Notes: a model not told the origin generated them from the letters alone. 64,000 bases of DNA from Candidatus Moranbacteria bacterium GW2011_GWC2_40_12 (GCA_000995965.1 LBYD01000002.1:7889-71888); one strand, 5' to 3'; numbered from the stretch's first letter, positions 1-9,468 are shown. A program made the numbers and translations.

Positions 1-359
1 GCAAAGACAGTCTCTTCGACCAATGGGGTTGCCTGTCCCTCACGACTTTGGCTTCAATGATGGCCGGACGAAGAGGCTATCAGGTAGCAATAGGAAAGCC
101 AAAGGACATGGCGGAGCGTTTCATCAACACAGTTTTGATCAAAAATAACGGAGAAATTTTTCAATTAGTAAGATCCGAACTAGACAGCACGGAATTCAAA
201 AAAATGGACGTTGAAGATGTTTATCACCGTTTTATGCGGTATCGGCCCTTGACCAACCTCGGCCGCGGCAGTTGCGATAAATTGGAAGAAATTTATCCCG
301 ACGAATTATTGAGATTGGTGACAAAAAAAATGAACAAGCCTGATCGTTCCAAGAGATAG
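1..359 (+). CDS. Hypothetical protein, 5'-partial
   Basis: Frame is open from the window edge (position 3) to TAG at 357-359; no recognisable motif. Confidence 0.5.
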   Translation, partial: KDSLFDQWGCLSLTTLASMMAGRRGYQVAIGKPKDMAERFINTVLIKNNGEIFQLVRSELDSTEFKKMDVEDVYHRFMRYRPLTNLGRGSCDKLEEIYPDELLRLVTKKMNKPDRSKR

Positions 360-365
360 TTAACC

Positions 366-390
366 GTTCCTAAGGTCGAACTTTAGGAAC
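366..390. repeat. REP-like imperfect palindrome GTTCCTAAGGTCGAACTTTAGGAAC
   Basis: Inverted repeat without a U-tract; related element at 10775-10803. Confidence 0.6.
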
Positions 391-398
391 TAGAAGAA

Positions 399-418
399 TT
401 ACGTAATTAATTACGTAA
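399..418. repeat. Perfect 20-bp palindrome TTACGTAATTAATTACGTAA
   Basis: Self-complementary; near copy at 1730-1753, half copy at 1316-1328. Confidence 0.8.
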
Positions 419-452
419 CACCGGCGGGGAAAAATAATTTACAAAAAATAAT

Positions 453-857
453 ATGAACACATCCAACTGGTATTCCCAACTATTGAAACCATCATGGGCG
501 CCGCCGAGCTGGCTCTTTGGACCGGTGTGGACGGTTTTGTATGCGATTATTGCCGTATCTTTTGGCACGGTGTTTTGGAAAACTTTCACCGGCAAACTCG
601 CCTGGATAGTCGCCCTGCCGTTTGCGCTCAATCTGATTTTCAATTTCGCTTTCACTCCTTTGCAATTCGGCCTCAAAAACAATCTTTTGGCGGCGATTGA
701 CATCTTGCTGGTTCTCGGCACGCTCATTTGGGCGCTTCTTGCCCTTTGGCACGCATCACCCGGACTTCGCTGGGTCGTCTTTGCCAATATCCCCTATCTT
801 CTTTGGGTCACCTTCGCGACCGGTCTACAACTCACAATTACTTATTTAAACCGGTAA
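453..857 (+). CDS. tspO: TspO/MBR tryptophan-rich sensory protein
   Basis: WYSQLLKPSWAPPSWLFGPVWT and PYLLWVTFA motifs; multiple TM helices. Confidence 0.93.
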   Translation: MNTSNWYSQLLKPSWAPPSWLFGPVWTVLYAIIAVSFGTVFWKTFTGKLAWIVALPFALNLIFNFAFTPLQFGLKNNLLAAIDILLVLGTLIWALLALWHASPGLRWVVFANIPYLLWVTFATGLQLTITYLNR

Positions 858-899
858 ACCCCATATTTAATCCCGGCGGGGGACAAATAAATCAAAAAT

Positions 900-1259
900 A
901 TGCCAATTGAAAAACAAGAAAAATTAGATCAGGAGGAAAAATTGCCGGCAATTTATGACAAATCCATAAAGGTTCTGACTGATGGCGGGCTGGACAATGA
1001 TTCGGCGCGCGAATTGATTGTCGGATGTTATGAAAAGTTTCAAAAACAAGTAACTCCGGGTATGATAATCAGCGCATGGCTTGAATATATCCAACAAAAT
1101 CCTGTTGAAGGAAAAGATCTTGACGATGAAGACGATAACCTAATCATTGCCCAACTGGCGAAAATCATCCAAGAAAAATTCTCGAGCAAAGCTGGCAAGG
1201 CACCAAAAATTATTTATAAAGGTGGCGGTATCAACATCACAGAAAGTTCGAATAACTAA
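900..1259 (+). CDS. Hypothetical protein
   Basis: 119-aa ORF with A-rich leader, co-oriented with neighbours. Confidence 0.6.
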   Translation: MPIEKQEKLDQEEKLPAIYDKSIKVLTDGGLDNDSARELIVGCYEKFQKQVTPGMIISAWLEYIQQNPVEGKDLDDEDDNLIIAQLAKIIQEKFSSKAGKAPKIIYKGGGINITESSNN

Positions 1260-1372
1260 TAATTAATCTGGCTGTTTCTATAGCTAAACTTGAGGAATAA
1301 ATGCAAATAAGTATTTAATTCCGTAATTCCGGCGGGGAATTGGAAAGTAATAAATAATCACACAAAAACCAT

Positions 1373-1693
1373 ATGCAAAAACAATTAATCAAACTCGCAT
1401 TCTTTCTCGCTTTGGGCGAGGCAATGTATATCGGACTCGTGGCGCTGCTCATGGGCAGCGCCGAGCGGTTTTTTAGCAACACTCCCGACAACAAAATTCT
1501 TGCCCCGATCACCTTCCTTCTCCTCTTCGTTCTATCGGCGGCAGTGTCCGGCGCGCTCGTCTTGGGAAAGCCGGTGCTCATGTACGTGGAAGGTAAAAAG
1601 AAAGAGGCTTTGGAGCTTTTTGGCTTCATCCTTTTCTGGCTGTTTATATTCTTCGTGCTGATGGTGATCAGTTTGGTGGTTTTTCGGCAATGA
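1373..1693 (+). CDS. Small membrane protein (about 3 TM)
   Basis: Hydrophobic helices, A-rich leader. Confidence 0.75.
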   Translation: MQKQLIKLAFFLALGEAMYIGLVALLMGSAERFFSNTPDNKILAPITFLLLFVLSAAVSGALVLGKPVLMYVEGKKKEALELFGFILFWLFIFFVLMVISLVVFRQ

Positions 1694-1756
1694 ATCGGGG
1701 GAAAGAAATTTCGGCAGAGAGGTAAATATAATTACGTAATTAATTACATAATTCCT

Positions 1757-1789
1757 AACTCATCCCAATATTCAATGTTGGAATGAGTT
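1757..1789. repeat. Palindrome family A, degenerate copy
   Basis: AACTCATCCCAATATTCAATGTTGGAATGAGTT; related copies at 2298, 12028, 16235. Confidence 0.75.
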
Positions 1790-1803
1790 TAATGCCATAA
1801 TTT

Positions 1804-2289
1804 ATGATTAAAAAGATAGTATTGGGAGGAGGCTGTTTTTGGGGTTTGCAGGAACTCCTAAGAAAACAGCCCGGAGTGGCGAAAACATCTGCGGGTTATG
1901 CCGGCGGGAAAGTGAAAAATCCAACTTATGAAAATCACGAGGGACACGCGGAAGCGGTGGAGATTGAATATGACACAGAAAAGACTTCTTTCAAAAAACT
2001 GCTCGATTTTTTCTTCCAGATCCATGATCCGACAACTCTGAACCGGCAAGGCAATGACCGCGGAACGTCTTATCGTTCGGTTATTTTTTATGGCAGCAGC
2101 GAGGAAAAAAAAGAAGCCAAAAATTTTATTGATATTGTGAATAAATCCGGCCGCTGGAAACATCCCGTTATTACGACTCTGGAACCCTTGAAAAAATTTT
2201 ATCCGGCGGAAGAATACCATCAGGATTATCTGCAAAAAAATCCCGGCGGATACACTTGCCACGCCATCCGGTTCGGCAGTTATTTGTAA
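1804..2289 (+). CDS. msrA: Peptide-methionine (S)-S-oxide reductase MsrA
   Basis: GGGCFWG, GHAEAV, HDPTTLNRQGND, AEEYHQDYL motifs. Confidence 0.97.
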   Translation: MIKKIVLGGGCFWGLQELLRKQPGVAKTSAGYAGGKVKNPTYENHEGHAEAVEIEYDTEKTSFKKLLDFFFQIHDPTTLNRQGNDRGTSYRSVIFYGSSEEKKEAKNFIDIVNKSGRWKHPVITTLEPLKKFYPAEEYHQDYLQKNPGGYTCHAIRFGSYL

Positions 2290-2297
2290 GGAGGGAG

Positions 2298-2322
2298 CAT
2301 CCCAACATTGAATGTTGGGATG
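2298..2322. repeat. Palindrome family A CATCCCAACATTGAATGTTGGGATG
   Basis: 12-bp arms with a 1-nt centre, just after the msrA stop. Confidence 0.85.
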
Positions 2323-2363
2323 GGTTTGAAAGCTTCTTTGGAGGCTTCCAAGCCCAGTCCCCC

Positions 2364-2389
2364 ACCAGCCCGAGCGAGCTGGTTTTTTT
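2364..2389 (+). terminator. Intrinsic terminator after msrA
   Basis: ACCAGC..GCTGGT stem followed by a T-tract. Confidence 0.7.
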
Positions 2390-2538
2390 GAACCCGGATA
2401 GGGCGGGAGGGCTTTTTTGTGATATGATTGAATAATAAAAGGAAATAAAATAGTATTAACAGATATGCATGCCGTTTTTGCGGATTAAAGAGCGGCTCTG
2501 TTGATGAATTATCAAAGGTTTCATAACATATCAATCTC

Positions 2539-3282
2539 ATGCGCAGGCTTCGGATAACTTTGATCCTGATCGCGCTTCCGCTTTTGACCGGAATATTTTT
2601 TGCAGTGTCGAAAAAAAAGCCGGAGACAATTCCCCTGCCTCCGGCTCAATCCTATAATTCCACCGCTTCATCCCAGACCCAAAGCCCGGCTCCGTCCGAA
2701 CCGGAGACCGCTCTTCCTGCCGAAGTGAATCTCGCCATTCCGTTCACTTCCCAAGCCCCGCACCAAAATTGGGACTTGCCCTATCAGCAATTTTGCGAAG
2801 AAGCATCAGTTTTGATGGCGGCCAGTTTCGTCAAAGGGGAAAATATTCTCGGCCCTGACGACTCGGATAAAAAAATGCTCGCCATCAAAGATTTCGAAGA
2901 AAAAAAATTCGGCTATTATGAAGATACGACCGCTGAAGAAACAGCCGTCATTCTGCGGGAAAATTTTGAACTTGCCAATGTGGAAGTTGTTTTCGATCCC
3001 ACATCCGAAAAAATCAAAAAAGCCCTGGCGGGGAGCAAGGCTGTGATTTTGCCTCTGGCCGGAAGAGAGATTGGAAACCCCAACTACCGCCAGCCCGGGC
3101 CGCTTTATCATATGCTGGTCGTGAAAGGCTATACGAAAAACGGCAACCTGATCACCAACGACCCGGGAACTAGGAAAGGCGCTGATTATGTTTATAAACC
3201 GGATGTGCTTCTGAACGCCATTCACGACTGGAACGGAGGAAACGTGGACGCGGGAAAAAAAGTTATGATCATCGTCGGCTAG
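2539..3282 (+). CDS. Membrane-anchored C39-like cysteine peptidase (paralog 1)
   Basis: N-terminal TM; PFTSQAP, CEEAS, YHMLVVKGY, ITNDPG motifs. Confidence 0.85.
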   Translation: MRRLRITLILIALPLLTGIFFAVSKKKPETIPLPPAQSYNSTASSQTQSPAPSEPETALPAEVNLAIPFTSQAPHQNWDLPYQQFCEEASVLMAASFVKGENILGPDDSDKKMLAIKDFEEKKFGYYEDTTAEETAVILRENFELANVEVVFDPTSEKIKKALAGSKAVILPLAGREIGNPNYRQPGPLYHMLVVKGYTKNGNLITNDPGTRKGADYVYKPDVLLNAIHDWNGGNVDAGKKVMIIVG

Positions 3283-3292
3283 GAATTTTTCA

Positions 3293-4609
3293 TCAGGCAA
3301 AAATCTTTCGCACGCGAAGCGGCAGAAGTATTCCAAGAATCAGAAGTTCGGCCGCGCTTCCCAGAAAAAAAGCAAAGGGCAAAGCGGACAGGCCATAGGA
3401 CTGGCTCAAAAAATATCCCCCGGGAATGGCAATGATGATTCCCAAGATGCTCACCGCGACTGGAATGGTCGTGTTTTTTGTCGCGTAGAAAGCTCTTGCC
3501 AATAGATGGACGAGGGCTTCGGTCGGAATGCTCAAGCAAAACATCCCCAGCGCGGCGGCGGTCCGGTCCACGTCGCCGGATTGAAATTCCCCGCCGCCGA
3601 GGAATATTCTGATGAGAGGCGCGCGAATAATATAAATCGCTATGGCAGCCAGAAAGCTCCCGAAAAAAATCAAAAGCGATGATCTTTTGAGTATTTTCCA
3701 AAATTTGTCCTTCGTTTTTTCATTGGCCGCGCCTGCCAAAAGAGGAAAACTGGTCGTCGCGATGGTTATGCCGATGAGACTGATGGGAACACTTTGAAAG
3801 TTGCGGGCAAAACTGATCACCGCCACCGAACCAGCCGCCAAGGTGGAAGCAATGGCCGTGAAACCCCAAAAAGTCGCCAGTTCAATCGGGTGCCCGAACA
3901 TTTTCGGAATCATAAGCCGGATAGTTTTGCGAAATTCCGGCGTGCGGAAGGCAAAAAACGCCTGGAAGCGAAATCCGCTCCGCCAGACGTCGGCTATTCT
4001 CGCCAAAAGATGCAAAGCCGCTCCAAAAAGTGTCCCGATTGCCACGCCCATTATCCCAAAGCGGGGAGCAAGAAGCAGTGTGCCGGCGATTATGCCGAGA
4101 TTATAGAGAACCGGCGAAAGGCCGTAGAAAAGAAATCTTCTTTTTGTGATCAGCATCGCGCCGAGCGCATTCGAAGCCGCGAAAAAAATGGGAGAAAAAG
4201 CGAGAACACGAAGAATTTTCACTACCAGTTGCCGGTCTTCCGCGCCAAAACCGGGGGCGACGATTGCGCTGATGGATCCCGCGAAAATGATGATGGCTGC
4301 CGCAGCCAAAAGCATTGTTCCCGTTGCGGATGTGATTATCGAATTCACGTATTCCTCCGCTCTTTTTTTGTCGGAACTCAAAAGTCCGTTCAGGATCGGA
4401 ACAAAAGCCGCGGCAATCCCGCTCGCGATGAGAATATTGAACAATAGGTCGGGAAAAAGAAACGCCGCGTTATAGGCATCGAGAGATCGCGACGCCCCGA
4501 ACGTCTGGGCGAAAAAATGGTCCCGCGCCAGCCCTAAAACGTATGAGGCAAAACTTGTTGCCGCAAGCACAACACTCCCTTTCGGAACAATTTTGAGCAT
4601 TTTTTTCAT
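3293..4609 (-). CDS. murJ: Lipid II flippase MurJ/MviN
   Basis: LGLARD..A..FGA, DAYNAAF..PD, LARAFYATKNT motifs; multiple TMs. Confidence 0.93.
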   Translation of the reverse strand: MKKMLKIVPKGSVVLAATSFASYVLGLARDHFFAQTFGASRSLDAYNAAFLFPDLLFNILIASGIAAAFVPILNGLLSSDKKRAEEYVNSIITSATGTMLLAAAAIIIFAGSISAIVAPGFGAEDRQLVVKILRVLAFSPIFFAASNALGAMLITKRRFLFYGLSPVLYNLGIIAGTLLLAPRFGIMGVAIGTLFGAALHLLARIADVWRSGFRFQAFFAFRTPEFRKTIRLMIPKMFGHPIELATFWGFTAIASTLAAGSVAVISFARNFQSVPISLIGITIATTSFPLLAGAANEKTKDKFWKILKRSSLLIFFGSFLAAIAIYIIRAPLIRIFLGGGEFQSGDVDRTAAALGMFCLSIPTEALVHLLARAFYATKNTTIPVAVSILGIIIAIPGGYFLSQSYGLSALPFAFFLGSAAELLILGILLPLRVRKIFA

Positions 4610-4634
4610 AAAATCATTATGCCATCGAGAAATA

Positions 4635-5378
4635 TCATTTTTCCACCACGATCATTGATGTTTTTCTTTCTGGAAATTTTTCGTGAAGCCCGGTGGGATA
4701 ATCTTCCAGAGATTTCTCGAGAATTTCGTATCCATAGCGATAACTCTTCCCGCGGCTGGTTCCGGGATCATGGGTAATGAATTCCCGCGCGGCGTCATCA
4801 TACCCGATGATCACGATCTTGTGGTTGGTCGGCCCGGGAGGCTCATAATTTGGATTGCCTATTGTTGCCCCGTTTATCGGAACGATCACCGGTTTGCCGG
4901 CGGCCAATTCTTTTTTTATGTCTTCGGTCCCGATGTCTTCGACAAGACGCGCTTTGAAATATTTGAAATATTCGTTGAGCAGATGGAGCGTGTCGGCATT
5001 CGACAAATCATGAAAATGCCCGTGCGCTTCGAGATGATAGTCCGACATGTTTTGTATTTCCCTTGCAGCCGCTTCGGGAGAAATGCTCTCGCCCCTGGCC
5101 CAGGCCATCACCATAAGAAGAGAAGCCTCCTCGCATCCGTTTTGTTCCCGGACGTCCTGCCAATTCCCCAGGGGTGCTTGAGAAGTGAACGGGACTTCGA
5201 GCATGATTTTTTCCGGCAGTGCCAATTCGGCCTTTTCAGCTTTTTCGCCGATTCGGCTTTGGAGATTATCCTTTCTTGCGATTGGGACGGAATACTTTTT
5301 TGAAAAATAAAAACCGGCTCCGGCAAGTATCAATACAAAAGGGAACGCGGCGGCAAAAATGTATTTTTTCTTCTTCAT
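4635..5378 (-). CDS. Membrane-anchored C39-like cysteine peptidase (paralog 2)
   Basis: VPFTSQAP, GCEEAS, HKIVIIGY, FITHDPG motifs. Confidence 0.85.
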   Translation of the reverse strand: MKKKKYIFAAAFPFVLILAGAGFYFSKKYSVPIARKDNLQSRIGEKAEKAELALPEKIMLEVPFTSQAPLGNWQDVREQNGCEEASLLMVMAWARGESISPEAAAREIQNMSDYHLEAHGHFHDLSNADTLHLLNEYFKYFKARLVEDIGTEDIKKELAAGKPVIVPINGATIGNPNYEPPGPTNHKIVIIGYDDAAREFITHDPGTSRGKSYRYGYEILEKSLEDYPTGLHEKFPERKTSMIVVEK

Positions 5379-5415
5379 TGTTTTTGAGTGAAAATGATAC
5401 TATTATTATGATATC

Positions 5416-5997
5416 ATGAAATTCATCGAGAAACACAAATATGACCTGTTCATCTTTTTGATCTTCCTGGCATTTGCTGTTTTCCTGATAGAATTCAGGG
5501 ATAAATTCGGCGTGTTGAGCGACCGGGACAGTTTTGAGCGGCTCATCCGGAGTTTTGGAATTTTCGCGCCTCTCGCCATCATTGCCGCGATAATAATCGA
5601 AGTGGTTCTGGCTCCCATACCCGGATTCATTCCGGCCATTACTGCCGGTTTCATCTTCGGCGCTTTTTATGGTTCTTTATATACTTATACGGGAAATGTT
5701 TTGGGATCTTTTCTTGTTTTCTGGCTCTCCCGAAAATTCGGCCGCGTGATTGCGGAAAAGTTGTTCGGAGAGGAAAAGCTCATAAAATACGAAAAAATGA
5801 TTTCCCGCCGCGAAAATTTCCTGCTTTTTCTCTATGTCTTTCCTGTCTTTCCCCTCGATATCATGAGTGGGGCTTTCGGCCTTTCCAGCATCAGCTTCAA
5901 AAAATTTGCCCTTGGCGTTTCAGTCGGATTCATATTCCATGTCCTGATTCTGAACTTGTTCGGCGACTGGCTTGCCCGTTTGTATTTCATGATCTGA
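5416..5997 (+). CDS. TVP38/TMEM64 (DedA/VTT) family membrane protein
   Basis: PIPG..AITAGFIFG..G, FWLSRKFGR, FPVFPLD motifs. Confidence 0.88.
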   Translation: MKFIEKHKYDLFIFLIFLAFAVFLIEFRDKFGVLSDRDSFERLIRSFGIFAPLAIIAAIIIEVVLAPIPGFIPAITAGFIFGAFYGSLYTYTGNVLGSFLVFWLSRKFGRVIAEKLFGEEKLIKYEKMISRRENFLLFLYVFPVFPLDIMSGAFGLSSISFKKFALGVSVGFIFHVLILNLFGDWLARLYFMI

Positions 5998-6031
5998 AAA
6001 AATTTGGCACTGAATATTTATCAGAATAATT

Positions 6032-7261
6032 ATGAAAAAACTTATTATATTGGCGATAATTGCGATTTTGACTGGAGTTATTTTTTGGATTGGAATTTTT
6101 GCTTGGAGAAATTTCCGCGGATCAAGACCGGCCTTTTTGGAGCCAAACCAAAATATCACGGACTTGATCCCTTCACCATCTGAATCGCCAAGCAGCCAGC
6201 CGGAAAATACTTTGCCGGCCGAAAACGCAACGAATATGCCTCTCAAGCTCCCGGACGGTTTTCGCATTTCCATTTTTGCGAAAAATCTTCCCGGCGCGCG
6301 CGTCATGGCCCTCGACACTCTTGGAAACATGTGGCTAAGCCGCCCGAACGCGAATGTCGTGACACTGCTTGAAATTCAAGACGGTAAAGTGGTGAGTCAA
6401 AATGACACGCTGGTCGGACTCAACCATCCGCACGGGTTGGCTTTCGATCCGGATCAGCCACTCCTTCTTTTCATCGGAGAAGAAGATAAAATTACCAAAG
6501 TTCCGCTTTATACCGAAGGCGAATATGAGAAAATCGCCGATCTTCCCGCTGGCGGCGGACATTCAACCCGAACCCTTCTGTTCGGCCCTGATAAGAGGCT
6601 TTATGTTTCCTCCGGATCGTCATGCAATGTTTGCGTCGAGAAAGATCCTAGAAGAGCGGCAATATATTCACTGAACCGTGACGGCACCGACTTCAGGGAA
6701 TTTGCTTCGGGCCTTCGAAACTCTGTTTTTATGACGATCAATCCGCGGACTGAGGAAATCTGGGCGACTGAAATGGGGCGGGATTTTCTCGGGGATAATT
6801 TGCCGCCGGATGAAATCAATGTTATCCGCGAGGGAAAAAAGTATGGCTGGCCGTATTGCTATGGAAAACAGATTCATGACGCCAATTTTGATCCGTCAGG
6901 TTCACGATTTGATTTTTGCAAAACTACGGAACCGTCGCTTATCGACATCCCCGCCCATTCTGCGCCCCTCGGACTCGCCTTTTTGAAAAATTCCGAATGG
7001 CCCGCGGACTATCGCGACAATCTTCTTGTCGCCTATCACGGATCCTGGAACCGGAGCGTCCCGACCGGATACAAAATAGTCCGACATAAATTCGATGAAC
7101 AGGGAAACTATTCGGGGGTCGAGGATTTCGCCACTGGATGGCTGGCACGGGGAAATGCTCTCGGCCGCCCGGTTGATATCCTCGAAAATCCGGACGGAAA
7201 AATATATATTTCCGATGACAAAGCCGGGGTGATCTATCTCGTCGAATGGATCGGGGGATAA
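6032..7261 (+). CDS. PQQ-dependent sugar/L-sorbosone dehydrogenase-like beta-propeller protein
   Basis: PHGLAF, GSSCNVC, GLRN, YGWPYC, HSAPLGL, HGSWNR, GRPVD motifs; N-terminal TM. Confidence 0.88.
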   Translation: MKKLIILAIIAILTGVIFWIGIFAWRNFRGSRPAFLEPNQNITDLIPSPSESPSSQPENTLPAENATNMPLKLPDGFRISIFAKNLPGARVMALDTLGNMWLSRPNANVVTLLEIQDGKVVSQNDTLVGLNHPHGLAFDPDQPLLLFIGEEDKITKVPLYTEGEYEKIADLPAGGGHSTRTLLFGPDKRLYVSSGSSCNVCVEKDPRRAAIYSLNRDGTDFREFASGLRNSVFMTINPRTEEIWATEMGRDFLGDNLPPDEINVIREGKKYGWPYCYGKQIHDANFDPSGSRFDFCKTTEPSLIDIPAHSAPLGLAFLKNSEWPADYRDNLLVAYHGSWNRSVPTGYKIVRHKFDEQGNYSGVEDFATGWLARGNALGRPVDILENPDGKIYISDDKAGVIYLVEWIGG

Positions 7262-7328
7262 TTTTTGAAATGTGAAATAAATCGCCAAACAAGAAGTATT
7301 AATCAATATAACCTTTATTTTTAAACAT

Positions 7329-7523
7329 ATGAAAACTCTCTCTTGCAAAGATTTGGGCATGGATGACGGCTTTGTCGCCAAAGGCGTGAGTGAAGACGAG
7401 GTAATGGACAAAATGATGATGCACGTCAAGGAAATGCACCCGGATATGATGAAAGGAAAGTCGGAAGAGGAAATGATGGAAATGAAAAAAATGATGAAGG
7501 AAAAGATGAAAGACGAAATGTAG
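7329..7523 (+). CDS. DUF1059-like small Met-rich protein
   Basis: MKTLSCKDLG..FVAKG.SEDEVM...H...H pattern; 16 of 64 residues are Met. Confidence 0.75.
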   Translation: MKTLSCKDLGMDDGFVAKGVSEDEVMDKMMMHVKEMHPDMMKGKSEEEMMEMKKMMKEKMKDEM

Positions 7524-7530
7524 GCTTTGC

Positions 7531-7676
7531 GATTATGTCGCAAAGCGCAACCCGGAATCAATCCTCGGCGCAAATTTTATAAAATCGAAAAAGTTAGGCG
7601 AAGCCGCTTCGCGCTCGAGGCAAATTAAGCAAACAATGCATATTTGGGATTGGTGCCGGGGTGGCCATCTGGAATC
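7531..7676 (+). ncRNA. Candidate structured ncRNA (6S-like?)
   Basis: CCCGGAATCAATCC pairs imperfectly with GGATTGGTGCCGGG around A-rich segments and an apical hairpin; followed by a strong hairpin at about 7679-7714. Confidence 0.3.
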
Positions 7677-7724
7677 TATCGCAAAAGCGGTCCGCAAGGG
7701 GTCCGTTTTTGCGAAACAGAAATT

Positions 7725-8144
7725 ATGCTCAAGAAAATTAAAAAAAGTGAAGACGAGTGGAAAAAAATATTGACAACGGAACAATTCCGGGTGATGCGCC
7801 AGCATGGAACCGAGGCGCCATTCACGTGCTCTTGGAATAAAAATGAAAACGGCGTATATCATTGCGCCGCCTGCGGGCTTCCCCTTTTTCGCCATGAGCA
7901 TAAGTTTGATTCCGGCACGGGCTGGCCAAGCTATTTTCAGCCGGTCGCGCCCGACCATGTGGAATTTCAAGTGGACAGTTCCCATGGCATGATTCGGGAA
8001 GAGGTGCGCTGCGCCCGTTGCGATTCGCATCTCGGACACGTCTTTGAAGGCGGCCCGCCCCCGACACGAAAAAGGTATTGCATCAACTCGATTGCCTTGA
8101 AATTTATTCCCGAAATAGATGAGGAACCGGGAGATGGAGAATAA
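7725..8144 (+). CDS. msrB: Peptide-methionine (R)-S-oxide reductase MsrB
   Basis: GTEAPF, CAAC, KFDSGTGWPS, C..CDSHLGHVF, RYCINS; start taken as ATG 7725. Confidence 0.96.
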   Translation: MLKKIKKSEDEWKKILTTEQFRVMRQHGTEAPFTCSWNKNENGVYHCAACGLPLFRHEHKFDSGTGWPSYFQPVAPDHVEFQVDSSHGMIREEVRCARCDSHLGHVFEGGPPPTRKRYCINSIALKFIPEIDEEPGDGE

Positions 8145-8233
8145 ACCATAATTTTGAGAGACTTTTTTTGCGAAGGTTGTTTTTGGTGCTAAACTGAAAA
8201 AAGATTCGGTGAATTAATGGAGAGATTGGAAAA

Positions 8234-9400
8234 ATGACAAAGCGTCTCGCGTTGATTTTGGCACTTTTTGTTTTAGCGGCCTCTTTTCTTGGAGGTATGG
8301 TTTGGCTGGGCGGGAAAAAAAACAAAAAAGTGATTTTGCCGCCGCCTGAGGAAATTGAGGCGCCTCCACCTTCCGAAGAAATTTCCATTCCGTCCCTTCC
8401 CGGAATCGGAGAAGAAAAAACTCCCCCTCCCCCTGTTTCCATGTCTCGGCTCAAGAAGGAAGGCTGCGTCGCCGATGGAATCCTTTCGCAATACAATCCC
8501 GAGAGCGACCAGTTTATCAGCCTCGTAAACCGCTCCAATTGCTATTATCTCCACCGGGCCGTTGAAACTTGGCGCCAGCCGCCACGTTTTGAAGTTATAA
8601 ACAACGTGATGAACCGGATAACCAAAAAAGATGTTGTCTATGGAATGTTCATCGCCGAAGCTTTGGATACGAAGGATAATTACAAAAACGCCTCAAGCGG
8701 CCGCTATTTCCGCTTCCGAAAAATGTGCCACAGGGATTCCTTGAACCGCTGGGGCGAACACACCTGCGTTCCGACTTTTTCAAGTTCCGAATATCGCGAT
8801 TATTTGAAATACATCACCCGCCGGGCGATGGACCTGGGCATTCAGAGCTTCACTTTCGGACAAATACAAATGCAGGAAAGCTCAAACCGAAAATACGCTC
8901 CCCGAGTCGTCAACAGCATCCGCGAGTATGCGAAGAAAAAAGGGATTGACGTGGTGGTTGGCGCCCAGACCGGATCAATCACCGACCCGAAATATCTGAA
9001 GCTTTTTGACTATATTGAAGGCGGAGTGGGAATTGATTCAAACGGCGACATTGAAGACGGGCCATGCCTCTCTTCCAGAGGGTCCTGCTGGGCGCTTCTT
9101 TGGCACAAAAATTTCACGTCAAATGCGAAGAATGTCCTTCTCCATCTCGACTGGACCGGTATCAAGTCTGATGACCTCGATATCTTTGCCCGCATGAGCA
9201 CGGAAAAAAGAGCCGAAACGCTCCGAAAGCTCCACAAAAAATTCACTTCGCAAAATATGGGATTTCTTATGCCCTATTTCGGCGTCCTCGACACAAGTAA
9301 TGGCGGCTGCTTCGGCCCCAAGAAAAGATATTATTCCCCCGACAATGCCTACGGCTGTCGGGACGAAGACGCCATCAACGCGATTCTCGGGGGGAAGTAA
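8234..9400 (+). CDS. Membrane-anchored extracellular hypothetical protein
   Basis: N-terminal TM, Pro-rich linker, Cys-containing globular region. Confidence 0.8.
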   Translation: MTKRLALILALFVLAASFLGGMVWLGGKKNKKVILPPPEEIEAPPPSEEISIPSLPGIGEEKTPPPPVSMSRLKKEGCVADGILSQYNPESDQFISLVNRSNCYYLHRAVETWRQPPRFEVINNVMNRITKKDVVYGMFIAEALDTKDNYKNASSGRYFRFRKMCHRDSLNRWGEHTCVPTFSSSEYRDYLKYITRRAMDLGIQSFTFGQIQMQESSNRKYAPRVVNSIREYAKKKGIDVVVGAQTGSITDPKYLKLFDYIEGGVGIDSNGDIEDGPCLSSRGSCWALLWHKNFTSNAKNVLLHLDWTGIKSDDLDIFARMSTEKRAETLRKLHKKFTSQNMGFLMPYFGVLDTSNGGCFGPKKRYYSPDNAYGCRDEDAINAILGGK

Positions 9401-9468
9401 CCGTCTTTTTGGGCTGGATTCAGTATTTTTTGCCAATATTTCCAATATTGCTTCAACTAAAATAACCC

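Noticed and set aside
1325-1345. CCGGCGGGGAATT as a tRNA 3'-end att site
   Set aside because: No pairing T-arm or cloverleaf; other copies lack the similarity
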